From positions 23,645 through 87,644 of the forward strand of contig JBCCQQ010000020.1 in assembly GCA_039024555.1 (NCBI GenBank): a DNA stretch of 64,000 bases, in the 5' to 3' direction. Source of the stretch: Cyanobacteria bacterium P01_D01_bin.156. GTDB taxonomy: Bacteria > Cyanobacteriota > Cyanobacteriia > Phormidesmidales > Phormidesmidaceae. Below the pieces are notes generated by a model. It ran no database searches, was not told the DNA's origin, and saw nothing but the letters and a program-made list of their open reading frames with translations. The position numbers and the translations under genes were made by a program. Shown in pieces: positions 21,590 to 31,772 of this stretch; the first letter of the stretch is position 1, and each line of letters opens with the position of its first letter.

Positions 21590-22991
21590 GTCTGACGCAA
21601 GTGAATCGTCTAAGGTGCCTGAAACACCGAGCCAAATCGGCGTCTCTCAAGAGACGCCGACCAATGGGTTTACTGCTGTCAAACATGCTGAGGGTCAGAA
21701 ACAGCCAGAACCCGGTTTCTGGCCTGTCCTTAAGAATCGTAATTTTCTGACCCTATGGGGTGGGCAGGTCTTTTCTCAGCTAGCCGACAAGGTGTATTTG
21801 GTGCTGATGATTGCCATCATCGCTAGCCAATATAAGACCCCTGGCCAAACCATCAGCGGCTGGGTTTCAGCGGTGATGATTGCATTTACGATTCCTGCGG
21901 TGCTATTCGGCTCATTGGCAGGTGTATATGTCGATCGGTGGCTTAAGCAACCGGTACTGGTGCTCACTAACCTTTTACGCGGCTTCTTGGTAATCGTTTT
22001 ACCTCTGGCTTTATGGCTAAGCCAGGATTGGGGCACATTCGCCGGTATTCCCATTAGCTTCTGTCTACTGTTGGTGGTTACCTTTTTGGTCTCTACTTTG
22101 ACCCAGTTTTTTGCGCCCGCGGAACAGTCAGCGATTCCTCTGATTGTGGAGGAGCGGCATTTGCTATCAGCTAACTCTTTGTATACCACCACGATGATGG
22201 CATCGGTGATCATTGGATTTGCGGTGGGAGAACCGGTACTTGCGATCGCGGACAAGCTACTGACGGCTGTGGATCACGGTAGCGGCATTGGCAAAGATAT
22301 TTTGGTAGGTCTCAGCTACTGCCTGGCGGGAGTGATTTTAACGGCCATGACCACGGGTGAATCCACAGAAAACCTGACACGCGATAGCCATGTTTGGGCT
22401 GATATCAAGGATGGCTTGCGCTACATCCAACAGCGCCCGCCTATCCGCAACGCCATTATTCAGCTAGTGCTGTTATTTTCTGTCTTCGCTGCCCTAGCCG
22501 TCTTAGCCGTGCGGCTTGCTGAGGTTATTCCAACCCTCAAGTCTTCTCAATTTGGTGTGTTGCTAGCCGCTGGCGGCGTCGGCATGGGAATTGGTGCAGC
22601 CTTAGTGGGCAATCTCGGCCATCGCTTTAAGCGGCGTCATCTCAGCCTGCTAGGTCTTTCGGGCATGGGCGCGGCCCTAGGCGGTTTATCCATGACGATT
22701 CACAGCCTGGGTCTAAGTCTGGGATTGATTGCCATTCTGGGGGTGTTTGCAGCAGCCGTGGGCATTCCGATGCAGACTACGATTCAAGAACAAACGCCGG
22801 AAGATATGCGCGGCAAAGTCTTTGGCCTACAAAACAATTTAGTCAATATTGCCTTGAGTCTACCCCTAGCCTTGGCCGGTGTCGCTGAAGCCTTTTTTGG
22901 TTTACGACTGGTGCTGTTAACCCTGGCTGTTCTGGTGGTACTTGGTGGTCTGCTGACCCAAACAGTTTTTACGATACAAGCTGAATCTTAG
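21579..22991 (+). CDS. MFS transporter
   Basis: LWGGQVFSQLAD, AGVYVDRW, QFFAPAEQ, MRGKVFG; about 12 TM segments; ATG overlaps the end of recO. Confidence 0.9.
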   Translation: MLRESDASESSKVPETPSQIGVSQETPTNGFTAVKHAEGQKQPEPGFWPVLKNRNFLTLWGGQVFSQLADKVYLVLMIAIIASQYKTPGQTISGWVSAVMIAFTIPAVLFGSLAGVYVDRWLKQPVLVLTNLLRGFLVIVLPLALWLSQDWGTFAGIPISFCLLLVVTFLVSTLTQFFAPAEQSAIPLIVEERHLLSANSLYTTTMMASVIIGFAVGEPVLAIADKLLTAVDHGSGIGKDILVGLSYCLAGVILTAMTTGESTENLTRDSHVWADIKDGLRYIQQRPPIRNAIIQLVLLFSVFAALAVLAVRLAEVIPTLKSSQFGVLLAAGGVGMGIGAALVGNLGHRFKRRHLSLLGLSGMGAALGGLSMTIHSLGLSLGLIAILGVFAAAVGIPMQTTIQEQTPEDMRGKVFGLQNNLVNIALSLPLALAGVAEAFFGLRLVLLTLAVLVVLGGLLTQTVFTIQAES

Positions 22992-23323
22992 CGAACCTCT
23001 TCGTAGGACTTACCCTTGGGGCCGACGTAGCTCACTGCCAAGTAAATCCTTAAATACTGATAAAGTCATATAAAGCATTCCTAAGGCTGCCTAAGTAATG
23101 TAAAGCCGAGTAGTTAGCTGCTTAAGCGTGGCAAGGATGCTCTAGGGCATAGCGCCAAACGGTTGCCCCGTGCAGCCGTGGACTCGGGTGATTGCATTTG
23201 ACATATCCCGCTGCTGAATGATTCCATCCGCTGTGCTTTATGGCCAAGGGTTGGATAGCGTGTCATAGTCGCGCTCAGCAATGCCTGCTTATAAACAAAA
23301 CAATTGATTTATAGTCCCCTTAA

Positions 23324-24478
23324 ATGCATATCGCATGGATTGGTAAGAAATCCCCTTTTTGTGGAAATGTCACCTACGGTCGAGAAATTACCAACGCGCT
23401 CCTCGAACGAGGCTACCGGGTAACGTTTCTACACTTCGCAACCAATGCAGAATCAGCAGGGGAACACGGGGGGTACGAAGAAGTATCGCTACCATTTATC
23501 TTCAAATCTCAGATTTTAATTATTCCTAGCTTGCGTTCAGCCCGCCGGCTGGCAGAGGTGCTAGCGGAACTCAAACCGGATTTAGTCCATGCCTCTTTGT
23601 CTTTGTCGCCTCTGGACTTTAAGCTACCGGAAATTTGCCATGAACTCGGTATTCCCATAGTGGCCACGTTTCATCCGGCCTTTGACCGCAAACGTCGCAA
23701 TCTGACATCGGGCACTCAACACTTTACCTATCAAATCTATGCGCCCCGGCTTGCTAACTATGACCGAGTGATTGTTTTCTCTAGAATTCAACAAGACCTG
23801 TTAGTCAAGCTAGGGGTGCCGTTGGAACGGGTAGAAATTATCCCCAACGGTGTGGATGTGTATCGTTACTCCCCAGGACCTTCCCGAATTAAGCAAGAGT
23901 TCCGCGCCAGCCAGCTCTATGTTTATCAAGGCAGACTGGCCATTGAAAAGAATGTAGAGTCCATGCTCAAAGGCTGGAAGCTGGCTAATTTAGGACCGGA
24001 CCATAAATTACTCATTGTTGGTAGTGGTCCGCTGGAGCTGGCTCTTAAAACAGCCTATGGAACTGACGATTCAGTCATTTGGCTAGGATTTATAGCCGAT
24101 GAGCATCGCCGCATTGAAATTTTACGGGGGGCAGATGCATTTATTTTGCCATCTCTAATTGAAGGTCTGTCTTTATCTCTATTGGAGGCCATGGCCTGTG
24201 GTGCAGCCTGCATTGCGACGGATGCTGGTGCCGATGGGGAAGTACTGGAAAATGGCGCAGGCATTGTGTTAGATACCCAGCGCGTGGCGCAACAGCTGCA
24301 CACCATTTTGCCCTTGCTACGCAATCATCCTGAGATGATATCGATTTTGAGCAGCAAGGCACGACAGCGGGTTTTAGAACGCTACACCCTGAGCACAAAC
24401 ATTACCCAGCTAGAAAATTTATATGCCCAAATGGTCCCCAACAAGGCTCGATATTCAGTATCCGTCAGTCGTTGGTAA
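23324..24478 (+). CDS. dgdA: GT4 glycosyltransferase, probable digalactosyldiacylglycerol synthase
   Basis: MHIAWIGKKSPFCGNVTY N-terminus recalled from cyanobacterial DgdA (Ycf82); EGLSLSLLEAMACG GT4 motif. Confidence 0.75.
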   Translation: MHIAWIGKKSPFCGNVTYGREITNALLERGYRVTFLHFATNAESAGEHGGYEEVSLPFIFKSQILIIPSLRSARRLAEVLAELKPDLVHASLSLSPLDFKLPEICHELGIPIVATFHPAFDRKRRNLTSGTQHFTYQIYAPRLANYDRVIVFSRIQQDLLVKLGVPLERVEIIPNGVDVYRYSPGPSRIKQEFRASQLYVYQGRLAIEKNVESMLKGWKLANLGPDHKLLIVGSGPLELALKTAYGTDDSVIWLGFIADEHRRIEILRGADAFILPSLIEGLSLSLLEAMACGAACIATDAGADGEVLENGAGIVLDTQRVAQQLHTILPLLRNHPEMISILSSKARQRVLERYTLSTNITQLENLYAQMVPNKARYSVSVSRW

Positions 24479-24493
24479 ACCATGGGTTGCGCC

Positions 24494-25111
24494 CTAGAGA
24501 CATAGAGGCATTCTGTCTAAAATTTCCAAATCTTCAGGCCGATCCACATCTCGTAGTTGTTCAAGGGTGGCAATAGAGAGGTTTAGGGTATTTGCGATCG
24601 CAACCGTCCGTTCAAATACCTCTCCAGTTCCCCAGGGAATATTTTCGAATAGCTTAGGTTGGGGTCGACTTAGACCAATCAGGTAATAGCCACCATCAGC
24701 AGCTGGCCCTAGTACTAGGTCGTGGCTTTGCAGCTGTCGCAAGGCCTGTTCTAAATGACGATGACTCAAATCGGGACAATCAGAGCCGATGGCCACTGCC
24801 GCTTCCACCCCCGAATGAAAATTGCCCATAAACGCCTGGTGCAGACGATTACCTAAACTACCCCCAAATTGTGGCAAATAGGTAAATCGTCGCCCTAACC
24901 AAGACTGCATTTGGGCCAGACACCCACCAGAAAAGTGAATCTGTTGATCAATCTCGGAGGAGAGAGTGGCCATTTCACGGGTCATCATTGTTGTCATCCA
25001 CCGTTGCAGCTCAGCAGCCCGGGCTGGCCCCAAGTGAGGAATCAGACGTGTTTTGGTATTGCCCGCCTCGGGGTACCGCGTGAACAACATGACACAAGCT
25101 TGCGTTTCCAC
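24494..25111 (-). CDS. TIGR04282/DUF2064 family (rSAM/arsenosugar-associated transferase 1)
   Basis: FTRYPEAGNTKTRL, IGSDCPDL, VLGPAADGGYYLIG, DVDRPEDL. Confidence 0.9.
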   Translation of the reverse strand: METQACVMLFTRYPEAGNTKTRLIPHLGPARAAELQRWMTTMMTREMATLSSEIDQQIHFSGGCLAQMQSWLGRRFTYLPQFGGSLGNRLHQAFMGNFHSGVEAAVAIGSDCPDLSHRHLEQALRQLQSHDLVLGPAADGGYYLIGLSRPQPKLFENIPWGTGEVFERTVAIANTLNLSIATLEQLRDVDRPEDLEILDRMPLCL

Positions 25112-25192
25112 GACCTACCCTCTTAATTTTTAGATTTACTGCAATGTCTTGAAGGAGTTCGAGAAGAATCTCAAACTCCCCTATCTCCACTA

Positions 25193-26035
25193 TTACTGGT
25201 TATTCAAAGACCAGTCGTAGTCGAAATAACTAACCTTGTAATCACCGGCCTCTAAATAAGCCTTATCGTCATCACTGACGTAGTTACTGACGAAATTGAG
25301 CACCGCCCGCTCTTCTTTACTACCAGCAAAACCACTATCCACACCGTAGCTAGGGATCCAGTCACCACCAAACCAGCTGAAGATCTTGGATAGCTTAACT
25401 TCACCAGCTTCCCTATCAATCTTAAAACCATCTGGCCTTGCCAACCACTGCATCACTTGCTCATCTAGCTGTTCATCCAACCTTGCGCCAGTGAATGCTT
25501 CATTACGCAGTGGAGGACAGCTAATGGCAGCACAGACAATAGCTGCATGCAGACGCGGTTCATCAAAGTCCACTCGCAGGACATCGTGCTCAATTTCGTT
25601 GAGGGTCTTTTGTTTTTGATTAATGGGATGCTTACGTAAACGCCATACCCCTGTAATGTCTTTAATGCTGGGCTTTAGAGGAGTTTGATCAACAATTGAT
25701 TTGAGAGTCAAGGAGTTATAAGCATTGATCCAAAATGCAATTTGTTCCTCTTCGCTCCAGCCACTTAGCGTGGCATCGTCAATCTCTGCCAAGGCATTAT
25801 TAAACGTGTCTAACGTCTGTCGAGACTGCTGCAGATCGGCATAGTTAACCCAGCCTTCACTATCGACATAAGTATCTAAGACATCGTCATAAATGGTGTA
25901 ATCAACCCCCTGAGCAGAGGCAATCTCCACTTCACCTGAAGAAGCATCGGACGAGGTTGTCACAGCACTGGTAGAACAACCGACTAAACCCAGGGAGCAA
26001 ACTAGAAAAAGAGCGGATAAATACTTACGTTTCAT
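25193..26035 (-). CDS. DUF547 domain lipoprotein
   Basis: Signal peptide with lipobox LVG-C; AFWINAYN, EPRLHAAIVCAAISCPPL, YDWSLN. Confidence 0.9.
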   Translation of the reverse strand: MKRKYLSALFLVCSLGLVGCSTSAVTTSSDASSGEVEIASAQGVDYTIYDDVLDTYVDSEGWVNYADLQQSRQTLDTFNNALAEIDDATLSGWSEEEQIAFWINAYNSLTLKSIVDQTPLKPSIKDITGVWRLRKHPINQKQKTLNEIEHDVLRVDFDEPRLHAAIVCAAISCPPLRNEAFTGARLDEQLDEQVMQWLARPDGFKIDREAGEVKLSKIFSWFGGDWIPSYGVDSGFAGSKEERAVLNFVSNYVSDDDKAYLEAGDYKVSYFDYDWSLNNQ

Positions 26036-26284
26036 AGGGATTATCTATCAGAGGAGGAAGTGGCAAGGTGAGGTGATCGGCTACTACCTATAGCTCTAGC
26101 CATAGGTAACAACAGCTATGTGCGCAGCAAACTGCTAAATATATTCGGCAGACTACATTTCCCATAGCTATTGCAGGGTTTAAGTAGCATTTAACTACGG
26201 GTGCAAAAGGTATATTTTCAATTTCTCATCGCCAACTGAACAAATCCTGAGAGGTGCCTTAAGTTCTGTTCAATTTTGGGGCCA

Positions 26285-28345
26285 TCAACCGTTCTGGCCA
26301 AGTAACCTTGGCACTGGCCAAGTAACCTTGGCACTGCTCCAGGCCACGCCTAACACAAATGGCCACCAGAGGAGGTGACGTTGCGTTATCGGCAAAATCC
26401 AACTGTAGTCACCCTGGGCAGACATATAGATCAGCGTAAAGTACACATATGCCGACAGACTGATCAGTCGCACACCCAGATTACGGCTCAACACCAAAAA
26501 GGGCATTAGCCAACTGAGGTACCAAAAATGAATGATGGGGGAAATTACCATCAGAAAAATTAGATACCACTCGGTAAATTTATGAAACGTGTCGGTGCGC
26601 AACAGTAGCCATACAACCACCAGGGCTAAAGGAAATGCATACAGCCAGTTTGCCCAACGGGAAGGCTCCCAAAGTTGTTCAACAATGTAGGGAATCAGTT
26701 CAGAACAGCGTCCAGTTTCAACAAACGAAGAACCAAACTTGACCAGCGGACAAGCGGTGGGGCTACAAAACGGCATGGCGGCTACTACTACCGGCATTAA
26801 CCCTGTGATACCGCTTAACAAGGCGATACCGATACGTCGTCGTCGCAAAGCGTGCCACACCAGAAAAGCTAAAACTGGCAATGAAATCCATTTGACAGCA
26901 ATGCTAATGCCAACAAATAAGGCACTGCCCACATAGGTGAGGGCCGGTGGGTAGACCGGTGGCTTCCCTAAGTCAGCAACGGCAGCATTCTCGGCATCAG
27001 GCCGATCAAACCAGAGCCAGGCCATAACCAATGGCAGTACAAACCAGCTATCGTAATGGCCACCCCCGGCAAAACTATAGAGCACTAAAGGATTCCAAGC
27101 ATAAAGTAGAGTAGCCAGACGACCAAATCGACGGCTAAGCAACCAGCACACAGCTAAATCGGCAGCCGCAAAGGTGGCCTTAAACAGTGGGACTGAGAGA
27201 CCGATACTAGCCAGCGCCCGAAAACCAAACTGAGTCATGGGTGGATAGATGGCCGAAGCATAGGGATGGTTAATTTGGTCCCACCATTCCGTGCGTAGGG
27301 GTTTGAGCACCTGTGAGAGGGGAGAGAAATCGTAGGGGCTAAACCCTTGGAGTTGAATGTAGCCCTCCCACAGATAGCGCCAGATATCATTACCGGGGTA
27401 CATCGCCAACAGCAATAGCCGAGTGGCAATGGCTACCCCCCAAAACCAGACACCGGGTACGCTGCGTAGCATCCAGGTTAGGATAAAGCCCAGTGCCATA
27501 ATGGCGCTGCCAATCCAGAAGTGGATAACCGACATGGGTTCGCTAAAGGCACCGTGGGGCAATGTATAGACGGTTCCAGCTACCAGTAGAAACGCACTGA
27601 GAAACAGCAGACCGCGAGGATTTTTTGCGGTGGGCTCTACAGCGCTACCCCGCCAAAGACGTTGCCAGTACAGGTGAGCCAGTGTGGATAAGATAATGGT
27701 GCCGGCTTTGATGCTGCCGGACAGCGTACCTGAGATCTTGGAGCGTCCCCCCTGACGTGGCAAATAATTGACCGGCAGTTCACAGATACGTAGACCGCAT
27801 TCCACCGCTCGGGCCTGCATTTCAACAGTCCAACCAAAGTTGCGATCGCGCATCCCCATCTTCTCAAGGGCCGTCTTCCGCACCAATCGCAGGGGTCCTA
27901 GATCGTGAAATCGATATCCCCAGCCCAGAGCAATTAGAGACCCCGATAACCAGTTGCCAAAATTCTGCACAGGGCTCAACTGCTGCCGCCCCGTCTCGGT
28001 ACCGCGACGATTACCTAAAATCAGATCATAGCTTTCCCGCTGAGCAAAAAAGCCTGGCAGCTGGCTGAGGTCATCACTGCCATCCGCATCGCAAAATAAA
28101 ATCCACTCAATACTGTTAGGTATCGACTGCAGCCCGCGCCAGCAGGCTTGTCCATAACCTTTAATGGGCTCTTGCAACACCTCGGCCCCCGCCCGAATTG
28201 CCGCCTCGCTGGTTCCATCGATACTGCCGTTATCCACCACACGAATGTGGGTTAACCCTTGCTGGTGGAGATTTTTAACGACACTGCCAATCGTGGCTGC
28301 TTCATTAAGCGCTGGAATAATAACGAGGGTATTCTCTAGATTCAT
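26285..28345 (-). CDS. Fusion of GT2 (polyprenol-phosphate glycosyltransferase-like) and GT-C/DUF2029-like multi-TM domain
   Basis: N-terminal IPALNE, VDNGS, DADGSD, DLGPLR, GWTVEMQ; C-terminal DIWRYLWEG, IYPP, YAWNPL, GHYD, HFWYL. Confidence 0.85.
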   Translation of the reverse strand: MNLENTLVIIPALNEAATIGSVVKNLHQQGLTHIRVVDNGSIDGTSEAAIRAGAEVLQEPIKGYGQACWRGLQSIPNSIEWILFCDADGSDDLSQLPGFFAQRESYDLILGNRRGTETGRQQLSPVQNFGNWLSGSLIALGWGYRFHDLGPLRLVRKTALEKMGMRDRNFGWTVEMQARAVECGLRICELPVNYLPRQGGRSKISGTLSGSIKAGTIILSTLAHLYWQRLWRGSAVEPTAKNPRGLLFLSAFLLVAGTVYTLPHGAFSEPMSVIHFWIGSAIMALGFILTWMLRSVPGVWFWGVAIATRLLLLAMYPGNDIWRYLWEGYIQLQGFSPYDFSPLSQVLKPLRTEWWDQINHPYASAIYPPMTQFGFRALASIGLSVPLFKATFAAADLAVCWLLSRRFGRLATLLYAWNPLVLYSFAGGGHYDSWFVLPLVMAWLWFDRPDAENAAVADLGKPPVYPPALTYVGSALFVGISIAVKWISLPVLAFLVWHALRRRRIGIALLSGITGLMPVVVAAMPFCSPTACPLVKFGSSFVETGRCSELIPYIVEQLWEPSRWANWLYAFPLALVVVWLLLRTDTFHKFTEWYLIFLMVISPIIHFWYLSWLMPFLVLSRNLGVRLISLSAYVYFTLIYMSAQGDYSWILPITQRHLLWWPFVLGVAWSSAKVTWPVPRLLGQNG
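26294..26336. repeat. 20-bp tandem duplication at the 3' end of the GT2/GT-C gene
   Basis: CTGGCCAAGTAACCTTGGCA x2 followed by CTG. Confidence 0.9.
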
Positions 28346-28606
28346 GGCATGCCACGGGACGATGTCAGCCTTAATTAAATCGGTTTTGGCTGAAATTGCG
28401 CTGAGCTAACCACAAACAAATTCTCAGATAAAGAGGGAATGCGCTGTGCTAGGGAGTGCGTTTACATCGCCCACAAGGAAATCTTCGTTCTTCCCTTTTT
28501 CCCCTTGCTCCCTTCACCGTTAACCTATCCATCTCAGCCAAACATCTTAAGTTCCCTGGACTAATTCCTTACTTATTAATCACCCTCTGTACACTGTAAA
28601 AGCGGT

Positions 28607-30370
28607 ATGGAGGATTGGCCCATGGCAACGGAAACAGCAACAATTATTGATCCGCAGTTGCAAGCCTATCGTTCTGCTCTGGCTAAGCTACTTCAGAAAA
28701 TGCAGGGGCTAGCCGCCAGTATTAACAACCCGGACCTAGCCGAAACCATTGACAGTCTGCAGCGCAATATCGATGAACCTTTTTTATTCGTGGTGGTGGG
28801 TGAAGTCAAAGCGGGCAAAAGTAGTTTTGTAAATGCCCTGCTCAATGCCGAGGTATGTGCCACGGACATTGCCCCCTGTACCGATTCCATTCAACAAATT
28901 GTGTACGGTGACGAAGAGACCGTAGAACAAATCGAACCCCACCTACGCAAGCTGAGTCGGCCCATTGACATTTTGCAGGATGTCTCGATTGTGGATACAC
29001 CGGGAACCAACTCCCTAGTAGCCGGCCACCAGGTGATTACGGAACGCTATATTCCCAATAGTGACCTGACGTTTTTTGTCCTATTTGCCAAGAATCCGTA
29101 TCAAAAAAGCGCCTGGGACTTTTTGGACTATGTCAGCGTGAACTGGCGCAAAAAGGTGGTGTTTATTCTGCAGCAGGCTGACTTACTACGTCCCGATAAT
29201 CTAGCCACCAACATCCAACAGGTGCGGGACTATGCTATCCAAAAACAAATTCCTAACCCCATGGTATTCGCCACATCAGCGGAAATGGAATTTGAAGGCG
29301 ACACTGCGAACAGCGGTTTTACTCCAGTGCGCCAGTACATTCGCGACATGGTTTCCACTGGGGAGAGCTATAAAGTCAAACTGCGTTCTGTAAGCAGTAC
29401 AACCCAAAAGCTGATTGAAGCGCTCACCGACGACATTACTACGCTCCAAAAACAACTGCAGGAGGACCAGGCAACAGCCGAGCGACTGCGGCAGCAAATT
29501 GCTGCAGGGAGAGGGCGATCGCAAACTGAAATCAACACCCTAGTCAGCCGTCTCTCCGACCGATACGACACTATTTCCAGTCGCATCAAGCTAGAGTTTC
29601 GTGACAGTCTGTCTGTAATGACGGTGATGCGTCGTTCCTTTGTTGGCATCTTTAACAAGGACGCCTCGCTTCAGACGTGGATCAATGAGTTCAAAGATCG
29701 CTGCCAGACGGAACTAAAAACATCCTTAGAAGAACTTTCTAACGAAGGTGCTCAACACTTTGTGGATGGCATTCGACAGCTGCTAGAAGGCTTAACAGAC
29801 AACCTTAACGCCATCCAAACCCATAAATTACAAAGCAACGTTATTTCGATCAAAATTCTGGAACGCCGTCAGGAGGTGATCGAAAGTGTAAAAGCTAAAG
29901 TCGGCACCTTACTTACCGATGAAGGATTAACCCGCACCCTAGGTTCAGAAGCTGAAAGTCTGGCCGCCGAGATCGTTGGCGGGGCCTTTGTAGCCGTGGC
30001 TGGCACGATTCTACATATCGTAGAGTTTGCGATCGCAGAGGCCATTATGAATGCCATTGGTATTGCCTTTGCCGGCATTGGCGTTATCTTTCTAGCCATT
30101 GGTATCGCTTGGCAACGCAGACGCATTATCACCAAATTTGAGAGTGCTCTGGATGGTGAAAAAGCTCGATTTAAGAGCGACGTCACCGACCGGCTCAACC
30201 AAAAGCTCAGCCTGATCTATGAAGAAGTAGAACGAATTTTTGTACAGTTCTACGACTATGTAGACCGAGAAACCACAGCCGTTGCCCCAGTCTTAGAGCA
30301 GTACACTGACATTCAAACAAATGCCAAAGACCTATTTAAAGAGATGGCCAGCCACAATCTAATGGAATAG
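28607..30370 (+). CDS. Bacterial dynamin-like GTPase
   Basis: G1 GEVKAGKS, G2 Thr (PCT), G3 DTPG, G4-like QQAD; long helical region and a hydrophobic hairpin near the C-terminus. Confidence 0.85.
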   Translation: MEDWPMATETATIIDPQLQAYRSALAKLLQKMQGLAASINNPDLAETIDSLQRNIDEPFLFVVVGEVKAGKSSFVNALLNAEVCATDIAPCTDSIQQIVYGDEETVEQIEPHLRKLSRPIDILQDVSIVDTPGTNSLVAGHQVITERYIPNSDLTFFVLFAKNPYQKSAWDFLDYVSVNWRKKVVFILQQADLLRPDNLATNIQQVRDYAIQKQIPNPMVFATSAEMEFEGDTANSGFTPVRQYIRDMVSTGESYKVKLRSVSSTTQKLIEALTDDITTLQKQLQEDQATAERLRQQIAAGRGRSQTEINTLVSRLSDRYDTISSRIKLEFRDSLSVMTVMRRSFVGIFNKDASLQTWINEFKDRCQTELKTSLEELSNEGAQHFVDGIRQLLEGLTDNLNAIQTHKLQSNVISIKILERRQEVIESVKAKVGTLLTDEGLTRTLGSEAESLAAEIVGGAFVAVAGTILHIVEFAIAEAIMNAIGIAFAGIGVIFLAIGIAWQRRRIITKFESALDGEKARFKSDVTDRLNQKLSLIYEEVERIFVQFYDYVDRETTAVAPVLEQYTDIQTNAKDLFKEMASHNLME

Positions 30371-30387
30371 AAACCCGAAAAAAGTTA

Positions 30388-30478
30388 GGCGTTGCCGATC
30401 CTGGGGATGATTTTATCTAACACAAGCAGTTGGCCAGTAGGCTTTACAGATGGTTTCATCCCGTAAATCTAGGAAAGG
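30388..30478. repeat. 91-bp MITE-like dispersed repeat, degenerate copy 2
   Basis: GGCGTTGCCGATCCTGGGGATGATTTTATCT...TACAGATGGTTTCATCCCGTAAATC aligns with copies 1 and 3; right inverted repeat eroded. Confidence 0.65.
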
Positions 30479-30480
30479 TA

Positions 30481-30530
30481 AAAGTTAAGGGCATAGGTGC
30501 CGAATACTCAGCACCTATGCCCTTAACTTT
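30481..30530. terminator. Perfect 20-bp inverted repeat, probable bidirectional terminator
   Basis: AAAGTTAAGGGCATAGGTGC-N10-GCACCTATGCCCTTAACTTT between the convergent dynamin-like and DUF2973 genes. Confidence 0.75.
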
Positions 30531-30563
30531 TGAAGCCCATTGTGTCCCATGGAACGCGGGCGG

Positions 30564-30860
30564 TTAATCTTCTTTATCGTCTAGGGCACTACCACCGCCG
30601 GAAGATTCGTAAATAGCATCTAGCTGCTCACGAGCATCCTTAATAGAAATAGAGCGCATGACCAACAATGGCTCATCCAGCACATTCCCAGCATCATCGA
30701 GTAGTTCGGGATGAGGCACACGGCGAGGTTGCCTGGGAGCTGATGGAGCCGAACCAACCCGCCGAGTTTCGATGCCTAGGCTGATTAAATTACGGACCAA
30801 ATTGACAATCGCCAACACGGCCAAAATCGAGAACGCAAAAATATAGAGTAAATGCAGCAT
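30564..30860 (-). CDS. DUF2973 family protein
   Basis: MLHLLYIFAF..NL..HPELLD..EPLLVMRS..AREQLDAIY; ATG at 30860. Confidence 0.8.
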   Translation of the reverse strand: MLHLLYIFAFSILAVLAIVNLVRNLISLGIETRRVGSAPSAPRQPRRVPHPELLDDAGNVLDEPLLVMRSISIKDAREQLDAIYESSGGGSALDDKED

Positions 30861-30876
30861 AGGTAAAAGCGCCGAG

Positions 30877-31215
30877 CTAATTATCCTCTGGAAGTTTGTT
30901 TGGAGTCTGCTGCTGCCGGAATTGCATAGCAACATTCCAACATTCATGGACCAACCGATGCCAAGACATTACCACTGACACATCGACACCGGCCTCACTG
31001 TCAGTTGCCTGAAATAATGCCTGAGATGCACTCACCAGCTGTTGAGCCTCACGCACACGAGCCAGCAAATCCTGCTGCCGATGCTCACCAAGAAAATCAA
31101 TCGTCTCAGCCTCGAGGAGAGTGATAGAACGGCCAAACCAATGTTGGAAATCATCCAAAAGAGGCCCTAAAACCGCTTTCATTAACTGCGTTTCGGGAGC
31201 GTTGGAACTGGACAT
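30877..31215 (-). CDS. DUF2605 family protein
   Basis: LGPLLDDFQHWFGRS..QQDLLARV..WHRLVHECW. Confidence 0.8.
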   Translation of the reverse strand: MSSSNAPETQLMKAVLGPLLDDFQHWFGRSITLLEAETIDFLGEHRQQDLLARVREAQQLVSASQALFQATDSEAGVDVSVVMSWHRLVHECWNVAMQFRQQQTPNKLPEDN

Positions 31216-31438
31216 CAGCTGCGCTTAAGCTCAATAGAGTAGAAATGATCGTTAAACATTAAGAAGTATCACGCACCCCTATTAGCTTAAACAGAACCTG
31301 TAGAGATTGCCACCTAGCTTGTGTACTGGAAAACAATAAACACGACTAATGGGCATTCAGTAAAGGCTTTCCATCAGCATATATATTAGCGTTATTCCTA
31401 AAACAGAATAGTTAAGATATGCCATCGATTTATCCCAA

Positions 31439-31681
31439 CTATTCTGGTATCTGATCTAAGGTCTGCCAGCCCGCTCGCCACAGCTGACGATTTTTCAGGG
31501 CAGTAGCATTAATCCAAAAGCGGACATTGGGGTCACAGGATGCCACCAGCTCAGCAAACACCAGCTTGCCTTGATTTTTGCGATTGGCCACCTGAAAATG
31601 TCGCCACCCCAGAGTCCGCTGCTGTGCAGTCCATTTAGACCCCAACAGATGGGGAAATTTTTGTTTTTTGGGTTTAGCCAT
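31439..31681 (-). CDS. TIGR02450 family Trp-rich protein
   Basis: LLGSKWTAQQ..WRHFQV..RFWINA..LK..W..GW. Confidence 0.85.
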   Translation of the reverse strand: MAKPKKQKFPHLLGSKWTAQQRTLGWRHFQVANRKNQGKLVFAELVASCDPNVRFWINATALKNRQLWRAGWQTLDQIPE

Positions 31682-31772
31682 TTTGGCAGATTACCAGAGT
31701 TAACAAGCTGTTCTGCAGGCCAACGGCACAGAACTGTGACTGCTCCAGGCGGCAGCAATGCCAGCACAATCA

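Noticed and set aside
26184..26198. Possible NtcA site GTAGCATTTAACTAC
   Set aside because: Spacing is N9, not the canonical GTA-N8-TAC
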